IMG/VR virus record: IMGVR_UViG_3300049629_001705
Source of the DNA: an uncultured virus (IMG/VR IMGVR_UViG_3300049629_001705)
Lineage: Duplodnaviria; Heunggongvirae; Uroviricota; Caudoviricetes
Reading direction: 5' to 3' (one strand)
DNA: 20,000 bases
Part shown: positions 16,463 to 20,000 of the stretch, piece after piece
Layout of the letters: every line of letters starts with the position of its first letter
How positions within the stretch are numbered: the first letter of the stretch is position 1
The notes under the pieces: generated by a model
The model's input: only the letters and a program-made list of their open reading frames with translations
What the model was told of the DNA's origin: nothing
Database searches by the model: none
Made by a program: the position numbers and the translations under genes

Positions 16463-19400
16463 ATGAATTGTGTTAAATATAGTATAAAAAATAGTGGTAC
16501 TACCGTAGTCACTTTCAGTTATCAAAGATGTGATAATTCCGAATTCGAATCACAGGTCAAACTTGCTCCAAATCAAAATAAAACAATTTGGGCAATAAAA
16601 GATACTTTGAATATCCCAAATTTTTTTTCCAACACAACATCAGTTGAGGAGGTTTTAGAGACTATACCAGAGTGTGTTACCTTAGTCAATATTTTTGGTG
16701 TGGGAACTTTCTATTACAATCCCTCAACAAATATTAGGGGTCCTCAAATGGTTATACCAAATGATATTACACAATCGTTAGATGTTGCACATTCACAAGA
16801 AAAACTTTGGAAATTATATAACCCTGCACCTTTTACTTATGTTATTAGAGAATGGAGTCTGTTAGGTGACCCACCTTACCAAGTCTCTTCAACTTACAGG
16901 GATTTGACTTTTCCGAATAATATTGTTATCACTGCTCCTGCTAGCCCTGGTCTTTGTCAAGCACCGAATGGTGATTTGGTATTCATTGATTTTGAAAGGA
17001 ACGTTTGGGAGCTTACAATACCAACAGCACCGTCTACACTCATGACAGGAACGTTGAAATATCAACTACCCCCGGGTTATTTTGTGGGTGGTGATTTTTT
17101 GGTCACCGTAAATAGTAAATTATTGGTTGCTTCAGATAAAGAAATAGGAGGAGTTCCATATATTGTATTATATCAATTCGATTATAATACAGGTAATTTT
17201 GAATTTGAAAGTAAAACTGTTGCGATAGATAACCTTACTGGTACGGGAGGTATTGCAATATTCAACAACGAAATATACATTTATGGTGTTTATGTTTATA
17301 AAATGGATAAGACATCACCGTATGGTGGTGTGAGGATATCGAATTTAGGTGCGCAGGGAGCATCATCGACTATAAAATGTAATACCGCATTTATGATTGG
17401 TTCAGAGACTCCCACACCTACTCCAACACCGACAACAACACCAACTGTTACGCCAACAACTTTTACGGGAGTTACACCCACCGCAACTTCAACAGTGCCT
17501 GTAACTCCAACTCCAACACCTACTTCACAACTATGTTATTCATATGCTTCATTCGATATTGACTGTAATAATTCTGTAATTGAGTATATCGATTGTTGTG
17601 GAAACTGTGATTATTCAGGACCTTATACTATAGGAACAGGTTATACGTTGACAGGTGTTTGTATTCAAAATGAATCTATAACAGGACAACACGTTTCTAA
17701 TATTGTGTATAGTGGGTCATGTATTTGTGATATAACACCTACACCTACTCCTACAGTAACAAATACGGCTACACCTGGTGTAACACCTTCTTGTACTCCA
17801 ACAGAGTCTGAAACACCTACTCCTACTCCAACCGCTACAGAAACTCAAGCAGCTGAAACACCTACTCCTACTCCAACCGCTACAGAAACTCAAGCAGCTG
17901 AAACACCTACTCCTACTCCAACCGCTACAGAAACTCAAGCAGCTGAAACACCTACTCCTACTCCAACTAATACAGAAACTCAGGTTGCTGAGACACCTAC
18001 TCCTACTCCAACCGCTACAGAAACTCAAGCAGCTGAAACACCTACTCCTACACCAACCGCTACAGAAACTCAAGCAGCTGAAACACCTACTCCTACTCCA
18101 ACCGCTACAGAAACTCAAGCAGCTGAGACACCTACACCAACTCCTACTGTGACAAAAACTTGCACACCAACTTTAACTGAGACACCTACACCTACTCCAA
18201 CTAATACAGAAACTCAGGTTGCTGAGACACCTACACCAACTCCTACTGTGACAAAAACTTGCACACCAACTTTAACTGAGACACCAACTTGTACACCGAC
18301 ATTCACACCAACCTCTACAAAAACATGTTGTGAAATTAATATTCTAACAAACTCATCTCTTGACGTTAGCATAGAGGGCGTCACAATAAATGGAAGTTCG
18401 GCTACTTATGTTTCGGGTCAACCGTTACCTAACACACCAGGTAATGGAACATTCTTGTGTTCGACTACTGTTGGTACCGTAGACGTTAGAGTTTCTGTAT
18501 TCAACTCTGTTGCCGCACAAAAAATAACACTAACAGACAGTTTTGGTAACGTTTATTGTTCAAATATAACAGGTACAGGTCCTTCAAATTATGATTTCAA
18601 TGGTATAACATTCAATTGTGAAACGGCTCTGACTATCTTGGCGGAGGATGGTTCATGTACTCCACTACCTGAGACTTCCACTCCTACACCGACTGAAACA
18701 CCAACACCAACACCTACAGCAACAAGCAGTGAAACTCCCACAAATACACCAACTCCTACAGCAACGGAAACCCAAGCCGCTGAAACACCTACACCAACAC
18801 CAACTCCTACGGCTACAGATTTAAGTACTATAACTACATATACAATTTCAGGATGTACTAATCTAAATGTTTTAGTTGTCGATTTAGGACCAGGATTAAT
18901 AGTTCCTGGAGATGTAAACTATTACACATTCACAGGAGCAACACCAAGTGGATGTTATTCAGTCATTGGTAAGATAAATGCTCCGATAGACGACGCGTTT
19001 ACCGCATCATTTGGATATGGTGGATGTAATGATTGTGAGATTTCTAATATAACTCCAACCCCAACTAATACACCAAGTGAAACTCCAACTAATACACCTA
19101 CTGAAACAGCAACTAACACACCAACTGAAACTTTAACATCTACTCCTACACCAACAAATACCGAAACATCAACCTCTACACCTACACCAACAAACACATC
19201 AACACAAACTCCAACTCCATCACCAATTTTAAACTGTGAAACATTTACTTTCATAGGTAACAATGCTACAACAACAAGTAATAGTGCGATAAATGATGGA
19301 ACATCAGGATGGGATTCATCGGCATATTCTTTAGAGACATTTACTGGTCCTGTTTCCGTAACCTTCCAAACTTCTGCGAATGGTAATATTTTAATGGGTG

Positions 19401-20000
19401 GATTCTCTTACAACCCAACCGCTACCCCTGGCAGCACATATGAGGATACGTCATATGGTATTTACCTGTATAATAGTGACCAAATTGAAATATATGAAAA
19501 CGGTGGTCAAGTTGCCGTTTTAAATGTCGGTACTGTTGTTTCATCATCTGATGTGTGGAAAGTGGATTATGATGGAATAAGTGTAAAGTATTATTATAAT
19601 TCAACTTTAATTTACACATCAACCAACGCTGTAACACAACCATTACATGTATTCTTCCCTCTTTTCACTCCTAATGAAGGGGCTGTTGATATTTGTGTTA
19701 TAGGAACATTATCACCAACACCTACCCCTACACCAACTTTAACTCAAACACCAACTACAACAATAACTGAAACCCCAAGTGAAACACCTAGTGAAACACC
19801 AACGAACACACCAACACCAACTACAACTGACTTAAGTTCGGTTACTACATACACAATTTCGGGATGTACCACTTTGAACGTATTAGTTGCTGATTTAGGA
19901 CCATCGACATTAGCATCTGGTGACGTATTCAATTTCACATTCACAGGAGGAACACCAAGTGGATGTTATAGAATTGTTGAGAAGACCGTGGCAACTCCAA
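16463..20000 (+). CDS. Giant modular Thr/Pro-rich, Cys-rich protein (>1179 aa, open at window end; not in ORF track); putative tail-fibre/adhesin-like virion protein
   Basis: Manual translation from ATG 16463 shows no stop to 19999. Apparent order: shared N-domain, propeller-like region, PT linker, Cys-rich domain, ETPTPTPTATETQAA array, beta-rich domain, repeated DLS..TTYTISGC domain (two copies) flanking a ConA/SPRY-like domain. Confidence 0.88.
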   Translation, partial: MNCVKYSIKNSGTTVVTFSYQRCDNSEFESQVKLAPNQNKTIWAIKDTLNIPNFFSNTTSVEEVLETIPECVTLVNIFGVGTFYYNPSTNIRGPQMVIPNDITQSLDVAHSQEKLWKLYNPAPFTYVIREWSLLGDPPYQVSSTYRDLTFPNNIVITAPASPGLCQAPNGDLVFIDFERNVWELTIPTAPSTLMTGTLKYQLPPGYFVGGDFLVTVNSKLLVASDKEIGGVPYIVLYQFDYNTGNFEFESKTVAIDNLTGTGGIAIFNNEIYIYGVYVYKMDKTSPYGGVRISNLGAQGASSTIKCNTAFMIGSETPTPTPTPTTTPTVTPTTFTGVTPTATSTVPVTPTPTPTSQLCYSYASFDIDCNNSVIEYIDCCGNCDYSGPYTIGTGYTLTGVCIQNESITGQHVSNIVYSGSCICDITPTPTPTVTNTATPGVTPSCTPTESETPTPTPTATETQAAETPTPTPTATETQAAETPTPTPTATETQAAETPTPTPTNTETQVAETPTPTPTATETQAAETPTPTPTATETQAAETPTPTPTATETQAAETPTPTPTVTKTCTPTLTETPTPTPTNTETQVAETPTPTPTVTKTCTPTLTETPTCTPTFTPTSTKTCCEINILTNSSLDVSIEGVTINGSSATYVSGQPLPNTPGNGTFLCSTTVGTVDVRVSVFNSVAAQKITLTDSFGNVYCSNITGTGPSNYDFNGITFNCETALTILAEDGSCTPLPETSTPTPTETPTPTPTATSSETPTNTPTPTATETQAAETPTPTPTPTATDLSTITTYTISGCTNLNVLVVDLGPGLIVPGDVNYYTFTGATPSGCYSVIGKINAPIDDAFTASFGYGGCNDCEISNITPTPTNTPSETPTNTPTETATNTPTETLTSTPTPTNTETSTSTPTPTNTSTQTPTPSPILNCETFTFIGNNATTTSNSAINDGTSGWDSSAYSLETFTGPVSVTFQTSANGNILMGGFSYNPTATPGSTYEDTSYGIYLYNSDQIEIYENGGQVAVLNVGTVVSSSDVWKVDYDGISVKYYYNSTLIYTSTNAVTQPLHVFFPLFTPNEGAVDICVIGTLSPTPTPTPTLTQTPTTTITETPSETPSETPTNTPTPTTTDLSSVTTYTISGCTTLNVLVADLGPSTLASGDVFNFTFTGGTPSGCYRIVEKTVATP
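17810..18277 (+). repeat. Coding tandem repeat array of 45-bp and 54-bp units (order A A A B A A A C B C)
   Basis: A = ETPTPTPTATETQAA (45 bp; 17810, 17855, 17900, 17990, 18035, 18080). B = ETPTPTPTNTETQVA (45 bp; 17945, 18179). C = ETPTPTPTVTKTCTPTLT (54 bp; 18125, 18224). Confidence 0.93.
18818..19984 (+). repeat. Dispersed domain duplication within the giant ORF (18818-18973 and 19829-19984, 52 aa each)
   Basis: DLSTITTYTISGCTNLNVLVVDLGPGLIVPGDVNYYTFTGATPSGCYSVIGK versus DLSSVTTYTISGCTTLNVLVADLGPSTLASGDVFNFTFTGGTPSGCYRIVEK, with no gaps. Confidence 0.9.

Noticed and set aside
17810..18277. CRISPR array
   Set aside because: The units are contiguous with no unique spacers, have lengths divisible by 3 and encode an in-frame Thr/Pro peptide. 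No cas genes are present.
17296..19944. Minus-strand ORFs 17296-17481, 17717-18118, 18955-19263, 19422-19643 and 19744-19944
   Set aside because: They are antisense shadows (VGVGV, CSGWSRSR repeats) of the giant plus-strand ORF.
18818..19984. Diversity-generating retroelement TR/VR pair
   Set aside because: The two copies differ at many non-adenine positions, both lie in the same ORF, and no reverse transcriptase is in the window.
1..20000. Stop-codon reassignment (TAG or TGA recoding)
   Set aside because: TAG is never used as a stop here, but the genes are intact and tightly packed in the standard code, with no in-frame TAG or TGA needing readthrough.
1..20000. Eukaryotic giant virus (NCLDV) origin suggested by glycan genes and PT repeats
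   Set aside because: Pervasive ATGA/TAATG gene overlaps, a GTG start, and PhoH and WYL genes point to prokaryotic polycistronic expression.

Overview
AT-rich, very gene-dense window most consistent with a large (jumbo-type) tailed bacteriophage genome, probably infecting Bacteroidota (inference from SD-less, A-rich start contexts and gene content). The minus strand (1-13863) is one almost gap-free run. It holds a partial PhoH-like ATPase, an ~11 kb glycan-synthesis cluster, dUTPase, a PolB-type 3'-5' exonuclease, a stand-alone WYL protein and several hypothetical proteins. The glycan cluster comprises a GDP-mannose 3',5'-epimerase, a second NDP-sugar epimerase, four SAM methyltransferases and five glycosyltransferase genes (GT10-like, GT11, GT2, GT2-like/GT-B fusion, GT-B). 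Diverging from a 53-bp intergenic region, the plus strand (13917 to >20000) encodes three Cys-rich, Thr/Pro-repeat, lectin-like modular proteins. One of them is a >1179-aa ORF (16463 to the window end) missing from the supplied ORF track. The leading hypothesis is a phage-encoded glycosylation/methylation system that decorates mucin-like linkers of virion surface proteins, possibly with L-galactose. All family calls are from motif recognition; no database searches were run.
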